Under the pieces are notes generated by a model. That model was not told the origin of the DNA. It was given only the letters and a program-made list of their open reading frames with translations, and made no database searches. The position numbers were made by a program, and so were the translations under genes. From Candidatus Eiseniibacteriota bacterium (GTDB lineage: Bacteria; Orphanbacterota; Orphanbacteria; Orphanbacterales; Orphanbacteraceae), in the NCBI GenBank assembly GCA_016867715.1, contig VGIW01000006.1:233-64232 (forward strand): a stretch of DNA of 64,000 nucleotides. The letters run 5' to 3'. The first letter of the stretch is position 1; each line of letters starts with the position of its first letter. Of this stretch, positions 51,897 through 61,683 are shown piece after piece.

Positions 51897-53705
51897 CTAG
51901 TATTCGACATACCCGAGCGCGCGGAGCCTCTCGCGGGTCGCCTCGTCGACCTCGATCGTGTCCACCCGCTCGGGAGCGTAGGTCGAGATCTCCTGGATGA
52001 GAGCAGCGAGCAGGTTGCGGTGGCGGATCGCCTCCTCGGGATGGGTGTCGAACGCGGTTCTCGTCTCGCCCGGATCGTCCTGGAGATCGAAGAAGGCGTC
52101 CCCGACGTCCGTGTTTCCTTTGGAGTTCAACGTCATCACGTACTTGAAACGCTCGGTGCGGAGGCCCCGGAGATCGTACGGGCCGTAGCGGGTGAGGATC
52201 TGCTCCAGATACGCCAGCCTCTCCGGCCCTTCGTCCTTCCGGCCGAACGCGGGAGCAAGAAGGCTCCGGCCCCGCGCGCGGGGATCGGGCGGGATCCGGA
52301 GGAACTCGAGGATCGTCGGGACAATGTCCACGCTCGAAGCGACCGGATCGACGACCCGCGAGGTCCGCTTGAGCGGGGGGAACCGGATCGGAAGCGGGAA
52401 CGAAAAGACAAGCGGGACACGGATCGACTCCTCATAGAGGGTCCGGTTGTGTCCCCACTTTCCGTGCTCCCAAAACTCCTCCCCGTGGTCCGCCGTGTAG
52501 ACGAACAGCGCGTTCTGGAAGAGCCTCCGTTCCTCGAGGACGCGCATGAGCTCGCGGAGCTCCGCGTCCCAATAGGCGATCGTTCCGTCGTACTGCGCGA
52601 GGAGATGAAAGAGGGTTCTCTCCTCCGGCTTATTGTTCGGCCCCTGATACCAATCGGTGATCGGCTCCCCCGGCCACTCGGGGTCGAAGAGCCGCTGGAA
52701 CGGAGGAGGGGACACGTACGGGTTGTGCGGATCGACATAGAAGAGAAATCCGAAAATGGGCGGCTCGTTCCCCTCGTCGATCCACATCAAGAGGCGGTCG
52801 TTCACCATCCCGGCGGGGGTGTGCGCCCAGCCCGGATCGAACTCGTATGCGTCGAAACCCTGCGCGAACCCGTTGTACGGCCCGAGATGCGGGTTCGTCG
52901 TGTAGCCGTAGGTCTTGTACCCGTGGTCGAGCAGGTATTCCGGGAGGAGCGCGAAGCGCTCCGACAACACATGATGGTAGTTCGTCATCCCGTGCTCGCT
53001 CGGGTAGCACGAGGCGAGGATGCACGGCGTCGTGACGATCGTGTGCGATCCTTGCGACATGGCATTCCGGAAGACGACCGACTCCCTTCCCATCTCCCGG
53101 AGGAAGGGGGTCGTGTCCCGCTCGTAGCCGTAGAGTGAGAGGTGGTCCGCGCGGGTCGCGTCGGTCACGAAGAGAAAGACGTTCGGTAAACCGCGGAGGT
53201 TCAGCGGAACGAAGACGGCGAAGAAGAGGACGGGGAGGGCCGCCCCGAGCACGAGGATCACCGAACGGCGCGCGCCCCGCGCCGCGAGAAGCGCATGGAA
53301 GAGCGCGCCCCCCGCCGCCGCGAGAAGCGCCCCGCACGCGAGGAAGAAGCCGAAGTAGGGGACCCTCTGGTCTCCTGCGATCTCTCCGAACCGGAGAAGA
53401 GCGATCTCAGCGACCGCGGCGGCAAGCCCGATCGCCGCGCCGAGAAGAAGTAGCGTGAGAAGGCTCGCCCGGGGGAACTCCTCCCGCGGGTGTTCGGCCT
53501 CGCCGGGTCCGTTCAGGTTCGTCAGGGTCGGAATCTCCTCTCGCCTCCGGGGAAGCGCCGTTTTTTCCCGTGAACGATACCACACGCGCCCCCGCCGGGC
53601 GGAAGAAAAGCCCCCCCTCGCTTGGGGGACCCGGGCACCTTCATGCTCCTCTCCTCCGGGCCGATCCTTGGAAGGTCCCCTCTCCTTGTGGCCCGCTCCC
53701 TGCAT
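51897..53705 (-). CDS. Membrane-anchored sulfatase-like (alkaline-phosphatase superfamily) hydrolase/transferase; start uncertain
   Basis: About 4 N-terminal TM spans, then PNVFLFVTDATRADHLSLYGYERDTTPFL......F.NA.SQGSHT..T.P.ILAS.YPSEHG...FLFYVDPHNPY...ADHGEEF.EHG..GH. Start candidates are ATG 53705 and GTG 53585. Confidence 0.7.
   Translation of the reverse strand: MQGAGHKERGPSKDRPGGEEHEGARVPQARGGFSSARRGRVWYRSREKTALPRRREEIPTLTNLNGPGEAEHPREEFPRASLLTLLLLGAAIGLAAAVAEIALLRFGEIAGDQRVPYFGFFLACGALLAAAGGALFHALLAARGARRSVILVLGAALPVLFFAVFVPLNLRGLPNVFLFVTDATRADHLSLYGYERDTTPFLREMGRESVVFRNAMSQGSHTIVTTPCILASCYPSEHGMTNYHHVLSERFALLPEYLLDHGYKTYGYTTNPHLGPYNGFAQGFDAYEFDPGWAHTPAGMVNDRLLMWIDEGNEPPIFGFLFYVDPHNPYVSPPPFQRLFDPEWPGEPITDWYQGPNNKPEERTLFHLLAQYDGTIAYWDAELRELMRVLEERRLFQNALFVYTADHGEEFWEHGKWGHNRTLYEESIRVPLVFSFPLPIRFPPLKRTSRVVDPVASSVDIVPTILEFLRIPPDPRARGRSLLAPAFGRKDEGPERLAYLEQILTRYGPYDLRGLRTERFKYVMTLNSKGNTDVGDAFFDLQDDPGETRTAFDTHPEEAIRHRNLLAALIQEISTYAPERVDTIEVDEATRERLRALGYVEY
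53689..53704 (+). promoter_or_regulatory. Weaker sigma-54-like element upstream of the 1593-aa gene
   Basis: TGGCCC-GCTCC-CTGCA has correct spacing but one mismatch in each element. It lies ~160 nt upstream of GTG 53862 and is intergenic only if the sulfatase-like gene starts at 53585. Confidence 0.3.
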
Positions 53706-53861
53706 GCGTTCTCGGGACGGGGAGAGGCCGGTCGGTCTCCGACCAAGACCATGCAAATGAAGGCCTTTCGGTCCCGGTACGTCGGGGGTCCCTCCCCGCT
53801 GTTCATTCCTTGCGCACGCTGACCCAAAGAAGGTCGGCTCGTCGAAAGGAAGTCGTCTCTC

Positions 53862-56800
53862 GTGCGTTGCCGGCGCGCTCTTCTCGCGGTCCTCCTCGCG
53901 CTTGCGCTTTCGTCGACCGGCGAAGCGGCCAGACGCCCCCCCGATGTCTACCCTCTCCTCTTCCAAACGATGCCCGGGAGGCTCGAGCCCTCCGACTTCC
54001 CGAAGCTCGCCCGGTACGACATCATCGAGCTCAACACCTACGCCACCGACACGGCGAACCGCAATCTCGATTCGCTCCGCGCCATCCGCGCTCGGAACCC
54101 CGATCTCATCGTGCTGGTCAACCTCAGCGGATCAATCACCTGCTCGAACTGGGGAAGCCGGGAGTTCCACAACCGGGACGCGTGGGCCGACGCGGTCGCG
54201 GCCCACGCCGACACGTGGCTCCTCCGCGACACGGACGGAGACCTCTACCTCATGAACGACCTAGACACGCTCTGCGAAGGAGGCCGTCTCAACTACTACA
54301 GCCTCGACATGGCGAGGGCGTTCGCCCGCTTCCTCGCCGAGGCGACTGTCCTCCGCTTCCCGAACGACATCGACGGAATCCGGATTGACGACATCGTCGA
54401 CAACATTTACTACATGAACAAATGGGCGTCGAGCCGCGCCCCGGGCGTCGACTCGATCGACGTGAACCAGGACGGGATCGCGGACACGAGCGAGGAGCTC
54501 GGGATCTGGTGGAGCGCCGGCGTGGACACATTTCTCGCCACGCTCCGCGGCCTTATCGGGCCGGAGAAGGTGCTCACCGTGAACGGTTACATTCCCCTGG
54601 AAGCGTACCGCTGGGTGAACGGACGCTTTCACGAAGGGTACCCGCACGAGCACGGGGACGGCTGGTGGGTGGGGATGACCCACAGGAAGAGGGGGTTCCT
54701 CGGCGGCGACACGCTCTACTCGAACACGCCGTTTCGGCTCTCGGGGCTCCCTACGTTCAACGCTTCGGACGGGTATGATTTCGATCCGAACCATCTCTCG
54801 ACGAAGGAGGCCCCGTTCCCGCACCCGGGCTTCCCCGGGTTCCTCCGCTTCACGCTCGCCTCGTGTCTCTTGGGCGAGGGATACTACGGAATGACCGGAT
54901 GGGGGACTGCGGTCGACTGGAAGGGCGACCCGGTCCCCTATCTCTATCAGACCCTCTGGTGGTTCCCTGTCTACGACACGCTCCGCACCTACCTCGGTAC
55001 GCCCGTGGAAAAGGCGGTCCGCGACACGGACCCGCACGGGCGCGAGCGGTGGCGGCGGACCTTCACCGGAGGGCGCACGCGCGTCTTCCCCACCTTGCGC
55101 CGCGGGATCCTCGACCTTCGGCCGATCCCCTCCTTCACCGCGGGAATACCGGCCGTGGTCCACGCCGGCACGACCGTTCCGGTTCGCGTCGGGTCCTTCG
55201 ATCCGAACGGGAGCGCCGAGGCGCTCGATCTCGAGCTTCGTCTCTCGCGGGACGGCGGCCTCACGTTTCCGGAGATCATCGCCACGGGAGGAATTCGGGA
55301 CTCGGTCTTCGAGTGGACCGCGGACGGCCCCGCGGAATCGTGCCTCTTCCGGCTCGCGGCGACCGACACGTCGGGGCTCACGGGGACGGCTCTCAGCGTC
55401 CCCTTCCGGATCGAGGCGCCTCCCGCGTCGGGCGGTCTCGCCGAGATCCGGCCGGACGCGTGGATCGCCCACAGCCCCTCGGTTCTCTGCACGCTCTCCG
55501 TCTGGACGCCGGACGAGGGGATCCCGGCCGCGGGTTGGGATCGAATCGCGGTTGCTCTTCCCGAGGGTGTGCACCTCCTCTCCTTCGCGGGAGCGGAGCG
55601 GAACGGCGTCCCGATCGCTGCGAGCGCACTGGAGGCTTCGGACACGCTCCGCATCGCCCTGGGGACACCGGCGGTTCCGCCGGCCCGTGTGCGCGCCCGC
55701 TTCTTCGTCAACGCGCCGGCCCCCTCGGACGGCGATTCGCTTCGCTTCGCGGTCCTCGTCGGCGGATCGGAGAGCGGCGCTCCCCTCGTCCTGCTCGTCG
55801 CGGGGGACGCGAACGGGAACCCGAACGACGCGAACGCGCTCGCGGTCACCTGCGCGTTCGGCCCTCCGGCGCGGCTCGCCGTCGAACCGGAGGAGGTCGC
55901 GCTCGCCGCGGGGGACACGGCTCGGTTCGTCCTTTCCGGATACGACGCCGCGGGGAACGCCCTCGACCTGGATCCCGTCTGGACCGCGAGCGACACGCTC
56001 GGGACGATCGACGCCTCCGGCCTCTTCCTGGCGATCCGCCCCGGCTCGCTCGAGGTCGTCGGCTCGGTCGGGGACCTGGACGTCGTCGCCCGCGTGTCGA
56101 TCGTTCCCGGTCCACCCGATTCCATTCAAGTGGTTCCTGAGAGTCTGAGCGTAACCACCGATGATACAGTCGGATATATCGCGCTCGTCTGGGACCATCT
56201 TCTGAACGTGATCCAAGACGCGCCGGTCGCGTGGTTTCTCGAGGACACGCTCGGCACGATCGACGCGGCCGGGCGCCTCGTCCCGAAGCGTCCCGGGACG
56301 ACGAGCGTGCGCGCGAAGTCCGGGGACGCGGTCGGCCGCTCTCTTCTTCGCGTCGAGACCGGCGCGCCCGATTCGGTCCGCGCCTCGCCGCGCCCCTCGT
56401 GGATCGCGGTCGGGGACACGGTCCGCTTCCGGGCGGAAATCCTTGACCGTTGGAAGAATGCGATCGCAATGGCTCCTGTATGGACCGTTACGGACTCGCT
56501 CGGCGTCATCGACTCCACGGGGCTCTTCCGCGCGACCGGGGTAGGGATCGGATGGGCGATCGCGCGCGCGGGGAGCGCGGCCGATTCGGTCGTTCTCGAT
56601 TGCGCCCCGGCCCCGCCGATCGCTTTCCTCATCGACCCGCGCGACCCGATCGCGACGGTCGACTCCCTCCTCTCCTTCACGCTCTTCGGGATCTCGGCCT
56701 TCGCGGACACCTTCCCGATCCTCGCGGAGTGGGCGGTCCGCGGAGACGCGGGGACGATCGAGAACGGGGTCTTCGTGCCGCGGCGCGCGGGGAGCGCGGT

Positions 56801-58643
56801 CGTCGTCGGCTCGTGCGCGGAAGGAAGCGACTCGACGAGCATCACCATTCTTCCGGGAGCCCCCGTCCTTCTCCGCATCGAGCCGGACTCCGCCTCGGTC
56901 GCCGCCGGCGAGACGCTCCAGGTCCGCGCGGCGCTCCTCGACCGGAACGGGGATCTCGCGGAGGGGAGGCCCGCCCTCCGCGCGGAAGGACCGTGCGAAG
57001 GAGCGATCGACTCGTTCTTCGTCTGCGAGCGAGTGGGGAGCGGGTGGATCCAGGGATCGTTCGGATCGCTCCGCGACTCGATCCCGCTCCGCGTGCGGGC
57101 GGCCGAGGCGCGCTCGCTGGTCGTCGCGCCCCGCTCCGTCGCCGCTCCGGTCGGGTCGACCGTCCTCTTCACGGCCGAGGCGGCCGACGCGTACGGCAAC
57201 GCGGTCGATTCCCTGGTCGTCTGGGAGAGCGCCGGCGGGATCGGCTCGATCGACGCGGCGGGGCTCTTCACGGCGCTCGCGCCGGGAAGCGGCCTCGTCG
57301 TCGCGCGCTCGGGAACCCTTGCCGACACCGCCCAGGTCGCCGTTCACGAACCGATCGGAGGTCCCGATCCCGAGGAGCCGCCCGCGTGTTCTCTCGTCGT
57401 TCGAGCCGTGGAGGAATCGTACGACGCATCCCTCTGGCCCGCCCCGATTGCGTTCCTCGGACTTCTTCTCGACGACAAGGGAAACCCGGTCGACCCGGGC
57501 GCGACGGATTCTTTCACCGTGCACCTTCGACTCCTCGAGGAAACGGCTGTCTCGTGCGACGCCTCTCACGCCTTCCCTCTCGCGGGGGATCTCCGCGACA
57601 TGATTCGCGTCCCGGTCGATCGAATCGGAGGCTGCGGGCTTCTCGACGTTCGCATGGAAGGGCCCGGCGGGCTCCTCTCCGCGCCGGACACGATCCTGTT
57701 CTCGAGCCCGGACGCGAACGCCGACCTTCGCGTCGATCTCGAGGACGTCGGCGCCCTTGTCGCCGCGTGGGGGACGGCGGGCGGCTTCTCGTGCCTGGAT
57801 CTCGACGGAGACGGTTTGGCAGGAGCCGGAGACCTCGCGGTCGCCGCGGGAAGCTACGACCGAGGATGCCGCGAGCCGGAGCCGCTCGGCTCGCTCGGCT
57901 CCGACGGCCCTGCATGGTACGCGCTCGGCGACGCCTCTCTTTCCTGCGCGGGGGAAACGCTTGCCGCGCGCTTCCGCCTCGACGCCGGAACTCTCGACTC
58001 GATCCGCGCGCTCGAGGTCTCCTTCCCGGCGCGCGGACAGTGGGCGCGCCCGATCGTCTGGATCCCGTCCTCCGCGTGGCGCGCGCCCCTCGTCCTCACC
58101 CTCTCCGACGGGCCGGACGGACCGCGCATCCTCATCGTCGAGACGGACGGGGCCGCGGTCCCCCGCGGCGACGGGCTTCTCGAGGCGCGCGTCTGCGGCG
58201 CGGCGACCGACGCGTTCGGAGGAGGATCGTCCTACGCGCGCATCGTGAAGGGGGACGGCGAGACGACCCCGGCGTTCGAAGCGCCGATCCGATTCCTGCT
58301 CGACCTCGAAGAAGAAGAGGACGAGGAGGAGATCGCGGACACGACGAGCGGCGCGGCCCCATCCGCCTACGCGGTTCTTCCGAACCTGCCCAACCCCTTC
58401 CGCGGGTCGACGACGATCCGCTTCGCCGTCCCGAATCCCGGAGGACCGATCCGCCTCGAGATCTTCAACGTGCAAGGGGAGCGGGTGCGCGTGCTCGAGG
58501 AGGGGACAGCAGACGCGGGAACGCACGCCCTCGAGTGGAACGGAACGTGCGCCCGCGGGCGGAGCCTTCCCCCCGGCGTCTACTTCGTGCGTCTCGAGGC
58601 GCCCCCGGCGATCGCCGTGAAGAAACTCTTGTTGCTTCCGTGA
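53862..58643 (+). CDS. Giant secreted protein: N-terminal GH-like TIM-barrel-type domain, many Big2/Ig-like repeats, a dockerin/EF-like acidic segment, and a T9SS-type tail
   Basis: GTG start and a signal peptide (MRCRRALLAVLLALALSSTGEAA). The N-terminal ~400 aa have a putative glycoside-hydrolase-like pattern (DIIELN..., IRIDDIVDN, HEGYPHEHGDGWW). At least 8 ~95-aa units have the form L.V.P....(A/V).G.T..F.......G........W...D.LG.ID..GLF.A...G. A DLDGDG segment follows. The tail reads LPNLPNPFRGSTTIRF...PGVYFVRL...KKLLLLP. Confidence 0.85.
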   Translation: MRCRRALLAVLLALALSSTGEAARRPPDVYPLLFQTMPGRLEPSDFPKLARYDIIELNTYATDTANRNLDSLRAIRARNPDLIVLVNLSGSITCSNWGSREFHNRDAWADAVAAHADTWLLRDTDGDLYLMNDLDTLCEGGRLNYYSLDMARAFARFLAEATVLRFPNDIDGIRIDDIVDNIYYMNKWASSRAPGVDSIDVNQDGIADTSEELGIWWSAGVDTFLATLRGLIGPEKVLTVNGYIPLEAYRWVNGRFHEGYPHEHGDGWWVGMTHRKRGFLGGDTLYSNTPFRLSGLPTFNASDGYDFDPNHLSTKEAPFPHPGFPGFLRFTLASCLLGEGYYGMTGWGTAVDWKGDPVPYLYQTLWWFPVYDTLRTYLGTPVEKAVRDTDPHGRERWRRTFTGGRTRVFPTLRRGILDLRPIPSFTAGIPAVVHAGTTVPVRVGSFDPNGSAEALDLELRLSRDGGLTFPEIIATGGIRDSVFEWTADGPAESCLFRLAATDTSGLTGTALSVPFRIEAPPASGGLAEIRPDAWIAHSPSVLCTLSVWTPDEGIPAAGWDRIAVALPEGVHLLSFAGAERNGVPIAASALEASDTLRIALGTPAVPPARVRARFFVNAPAPSDGDSLRFAVLVGGSESGAPLVLLVAGDANGNPNDANALAVTCAFGPPARLAVEPEEVALAAGDTARFVLSGYDAAGNALDLDPVWTASDTLGTIDASGLFLAIRPGSLEVVGSVGDLDVVARVSIVPGPPDSIQVVPESLSVTTDDTVGYIALVWDHLLNVIQDAPVAWFLEDTLGTIDAAGRLVPKRPGTTSVRAKSGDAVGRSLLRVETGAPDSVRASPRPSWIAVGDTVRFRAEILDRWKNAIAMAPVWTVTDSLGVIDSTGLFRATGVGIGWAIARAGSAADSVVLDCAPAPPIAFLIDPRDPIATVDSLLSFTLFGISAFADTFPILAEWAVRGDAGTIENGVFVPRRAGSAVVVGSCAEGSDSTSITILPGAPVLLRIEPDSASVAAGETLQVRAALLDRNGDLAEGRPALRAEGPCEGAIDSFFVCERVGSGWIQGSFGSLRDSIPLRVRAAEARSLVVAPRSVAAPVGSTVLFTAEAADAYGNAVDSLVVWESAGGIGSIDAAGLFTALAPGSGLVVARSGTLADTAQVAVHEPIGGPDPEEPPACSLVVRAVEESYDASLWPAPIAFLGLLLDDKGNPVDPGATDSFTVHLRLLEETAVSCDASHAFPLAGDLRDMIRVPVDRIGGCGLLDVRMEGPGGLLSAPDTILFSSPDANADLRVDLEDVGALVAAWGTAGGFSCLDLDGDGLAGAGDLAVAAGSYDRGCREPEPLGSLGSDGPAWYALGDASLSCAGETLAARFRLDAGTLDSIRALEVSFPARGQWARPIVWIPSSAWRAPLVLTLSDGPDGPRILIVETDGAAVPRGDGLLEARVCGAATDAFGGGSSYARIVKGDGETTPAFEAPIRFLLDLEEEEDEEEIADTTSGAAPSAYAVLPNLPNPFRGSTTIRFAVPNPGGPIRLEIFNVQGERVRVLEEGTADAGTHALEWNGTCARGRSLPPGVYFVRLEAPPAIAVKKLLLLP

Positions 58644-58680
58644 CACCCGCGCGCGGGGGCGCCGGCGTTCGGGCTCCCGC

Positions 58681-59490
58681 TCAGTACTGGCCGAGCGTGC
58701 CGTCGCGGCGGGCGCGGCGGATCGCGAAGCGCACGGCGCCGACCCCGATGACAAGCGAGAAGAAAGTGAAGAGAACGAGGGCGAGGAGTTCTCCCCGAAG
58801 CGACGCGATCCCTTGCCCGCTGAGAAGCGCCATCCGCATCCCCTCCAGCGAATACGTGAGCGGGATGATCTTCGCGACATGCTGCAGCCACTCGGGAAGG
58901 ATCGCCACGGGGAAGTAGACGCCTCCCAAGAGGCGCGAGAGAGAGGTGAAGAACCAGTTCACCGGGTTCCCCCTCTTGAGGACGAGGATGAAGGCGGCCG
59001 CCAGGAGACCCAAGCTGGAGAAGGCGATCACGGTAAGCGCGAGGAAGAGGGTCGCCGCCCCGAAGTTCGGGTTGTCGAGCTCGAGGTGAAAGAAGAACAC
59101 GCCGAGAAGGAGGTAGACAAGAACCTGGAACGAAGCCCACAGGAAGCTCCAGAGCGACGAAGAGAGAAGGTACGTGGAGAAGCGGGTCGGCGTGGCGAGC
59201 ACCGCCTCGAGCGTTCCGAGAACCTGCTCGTCCCGGATCCTCCCCGAAAAGGCGTTGAGCCCGGTTGAAAGGTAATTCGACACGGCGACCCCGATGAGGA
59301 CGAACGAGAAGTAATCCCCTCCGTATCGCCCGAGGTACGGGTTCATCGTCGCGTCGATGAGGCGCGAGAGAAAGAAGAAGAGAGCGAGCGTGAAGCCGAT
59401 CCCGAAGAGCTGAAGGAGAAAGGCGAGCCGGTAGCTCGTCGCGATCTGAAGATCCTTCTTCAAGAACGCGAGGGCTTTGTCGAGCCTCAT
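58681..59490 (-). CDS. ABC-2 type exporter permease
   Basis: MRLDKALAFLKKDLQIATSYRLAFLLQLFG... with 6 TM spans. 4-nt overlap with the ATPase gene. Confidence 0.8.
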   Translation of the reverse strand: MRLDKALAFLKKDLQIATSYRLAFLLQLFGIGFTLALFFFLSRLIDATMNPYLGRYGGDYFSFVLIGVAVSNYLSTGLNAFSGRIRDEQVLGTLEAVLATPTRFSTYLLSSSLWSFLWASFQVLVYLLLGVFFFHLELDNPNFGAATLFLALTVIAFSSLGLLAAAFILVLKRGNPVNWFFTSLSRLLGGVYFPVAILPEWLQHVAKIIPLTYSLEGMRMALLSGQGIASLRGELLALVLFTFFSLVIGVGAVRFAIRRARRDGTLGQY

Positions 59491-60488
59491 CGTTCGCTCT
59501 CCGCGAAGCGCCGGTAAAGCTCCTCGAGCGATCCGTGCCGCACCTCGAGACGGCGGAGGGGCCCGAAGCGTTCCCGCACCGCCCGGACGAAGTCCTCGAG
59601 GACGAAGCCTTCCTCGTGGACGCGCGCGAGGCATCTTCCGCGCGCCGCGAGGTCCTCGTCCGAGACGATCTCGAGGACGCCCGGGAGGCTCCCGATCCAC
59701 GCGCTCCATCCTTCCTTCGGGTCCCGCACCTCGATCTCGACCTCGCGCGGCGGGCGGAAGCGCCCGAGCACCTCTTCCGGACGCCCCTCGGCGAGAAGCT
59801 CCCCCCGATGGAGGAAGACAAGGCGGTCCGCGACCCGATGAACCGCCTCGAGATCGTGGCTCGCGAGGAGAACCGCTCTCCCCTCCTTCCGCGCGAGAAC
59901 ACGGATCCGATCGAGAAAGCGGGCGGACGTGTACGGATCGAGCCCGCGCGTCGGCTCGTCGAGAAGAAGAACCGGCCGCGCGCCGAGAAGGGCGCGGGCC
60001 ACGCAGAGCTTCTGCCTCGTTCCGGTCGAGTAGGTCATGAAGCGCGCGTCGATCTCGTCGATGCGAAGAAGCGCGACCGCCTCATCGATCTCCGCGGCCC
60101 GGCGTTCGGGAGGGACGTTCAGAAGACGTCCGAAGAAGTCGAGGTTCTGTCGTCCGGTGAGGCGGAAGTAGAAGCTTCTCTCCTCGCTCATGCAAAGGCC
60201 GATGCGATGCCGCGTTTCGAGCGAGCGGCGCTCGACGTCGATCCCTTCGATCGTCGCGCGCCCCTCGCTCGGGAGAACGAGCGAGGCGAGGATCTTGAGC
60301 AGCGTCGTCTTCCCCGAGCCGTTCGGCCCGAGCAGGGCGAGGACCTCACCGCGCGCGAGGGAGAAGGTGACGCCCGAAAGCGCGCGAAGGCTCTCCCCTC
60401 GAAAGGGATGCCGGATCACTTCGAGGAACCCCCCTCGAATCGGATACGACTTGGAAAGCCCCTCGACGCGGACCCCGTTCACGAGCAT
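59487..60488 (-). CDS. ABC transporter ATP-binding protein with a ~100-aa C-terminal extension
   Basis: GGGAGG RBS. LLGPNGSGKTTLL (Walker A), YSTGTRQKL (signature), VLLLDEPTRGLD (Walker B), ASHDL (H-loop). Confidence 0.9.
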   Translation of the reverse strand: MLVNGVRVEGLSKSYPIRGGFLEVIRHPFRGESLRALSGVTFSLARGEVLALLGPNGSGKTTLLKILASLVLPSEGRATIEGIDVERRSLETRHRIGLCMSEERSFYFRLTGRQNLDFFGRLLNVPPERRAAEIDEAVALLRIDEIDARFMTYSTGTRQKLCVARALLGARPVLLLDEPTRGLDPYTSARFLDRIRVLARKEGRAVLLASHDLEAVHRVADRLVFLHRGELLAEGRPEEVLGRFRPPREVEIEVRDPKEGWSAWIGSLPGVLEIVSDEDLAARGRCLARVHEEGFVLEDFVRAVRERFGPLRRLEVRHGSLEELYRRFAESER

Positions 60489-60493
60489 CCTCC

Positions 60494-61678
60494 CTATGGT
60501 CTCCTCCGGAACACGCTGAGCGTCCGGTGCGCGAGGAGATCGAGGATCCAGACGATCGCGGCGAGAAAGCGGCGCACGCGGCTCCTCGCGGAGGGGCAGC
60601 TCGCCTCCTCGAAGAAGATCGACGCGCGGAGGGTCTCGTCCCTCCAGAGAAGCCGCGCGAGAAACGAGAGCCTGGAGCGCCGCGCAAAGCAGTACCCCCA
60701 CCAGATCCGAAGACGAACCTCCCGGCCCGGCTCCAGACCGAAGAAGTCGGACCCGCGGATCCGCGAGGCGAACCGTCCGATGCGACTCGGAAACCGAATC
60801 CCCGTCCCCCCTTCTCCCCAGAAGCGATCGGCGAAGAAGAGCGCGGTTCGAACCTCCTCGCCGATCCCCCACTCCTCGCCGCGCGCGACGATTTCCTCCG
60901 CGGCGACCTCGTTCCGCACGGCGCGGAGAATTTTTTCGACATCAAGCAATCGCTTGATAGAGACGAAGAGCCCCATGCGCAGACTCGCAGAGAGGTGCGC
61001 CGCCTCGTCGACGGGAGAGAGAACGCGGATCCGGCTTCCGCGATAATCGTACGCACGGGACCCGCGGAAGAGGGAGCCCACGTCCACGTTCAGGTTCCAC
61101 GGGTGCGGGAGAAGATTCCAGTGAAGCTCCACGACGTCGATTCCGAGCCCTCGCCGCACGTACACGAGGTGGAAGTGGTGCCGCCGATAGTAGGCCCGGC
61201 TGTGAATCCCCTCGAAGAGAGCATAGCCGAGATCGCAGAGCGCGCGCTCGGCCCGGTCCATGAACTCCGGCGGGACGAGGAGGTCGATGTCGCGCACTTC
61301 CCGAAGCACGCTGTTGCCGTAGAAACGCTCCCCGAACGGCAGGCCCTTGAGCACGATCACCGGGATGCCCTCCGCCTCGAACGCGGTGACGAGCCCGGCC
61401 AGTTCTTGCTCCTTAAAGAGATTGCGCGCGGCGGTCTTCTCCCCCTCCTCCTCGATGCTGCGGACGAGCGTCCCCGGGAAGAGGTCTCGGAGCGCCTCCT
61501 CCGAGGAGAGACGCAGGGCGACGACCGGAACGACGCGCGAGCGGAAGACGATCCTCTCGAGCGAGTCCCAGTCGAACCAGCCTCCTTGCGTCCGCACAGC
61601 CAGATCGGCGACCGCGACCGGCGGATCGCGCAGCACCTCCCGGAGGAACTCGCCCTCTCGCGGGAGCCGGAACGACAT
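60494..61678 (-). CDS. Uncharacterised nucleotidyltransferase family protein (NTP_transf_5/PF14907-like)
   Basis: GIPVIVLKGLPFGERFYGNSVLREVRDIDLLVPPEFMDRAERALCDLGY...HFHLVY......VELHWNL has the layout typical of this family. Confidence 0.75.
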   Translation of the reverse strand: MSFRLPREGEFLREVLRDPPVAVADLAVRTQGGWFDWDSLERIVFRSRVVPVVALRLSSEEALRDLFPGTLVRSIEEEGEKTAARNLFKEQELAGLVTAFEAEGIPVIVLKGLPFGERFYGNSVLREVRDIDLLVPPEFMDRAERALCDLGYALFEGIHSRAYYRRHHFHLVYVRRGLGIDVVELHWNLLPHPWNLNVDVGSLFRGSRAYDYRGSRIRVLSPVDEAAHLSASLRMGLFVSIKRLLDVEKILRAVRNEVAAEEIVARGEEWGIGEEVRTALFFADRFWGEGGTGIRFPSRIGRFASRIRGSDFFGLEPGREVRLRIWWGYCFARRSRLSFLARLLWRDETLRASIFFEEASCPSARSRVRRFLAAIVWILDLLAHRTLSVFRRRP

Positions 61679-61683
61679 GTGCG

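Noticed and set aside
37483-53138. Plus-strand ORFs 37483..39261 (592 aa), 45759..48182 (807 aa), 50438..51868 (476 aa), 51750..53138 (462 aa) and 25823..27259 (478 aa).
   Set aside because: Each lies antisense to a minus-strand gene with strong motifs (ABC2-CPBP, pfk/DUF512, M36 protease, sulfatase-like, sigma factor). All have low-complexity charged or Pro-rich compositions.
54261-58880. A 1539-aa minus-strand ORF, plus the 822-aa (56450..58918) and 425-aa (54863..56140) plus-strand ORFs, all overlapping the giant gene.
   Set aside because: These are antisense or out-of-frame shadows of the 1593-aa secreted protein. That protein has a signal peptide, repeated Ig-like modules and the shared sorting tail. 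The shadow products are R/P/G/E-rich junk.
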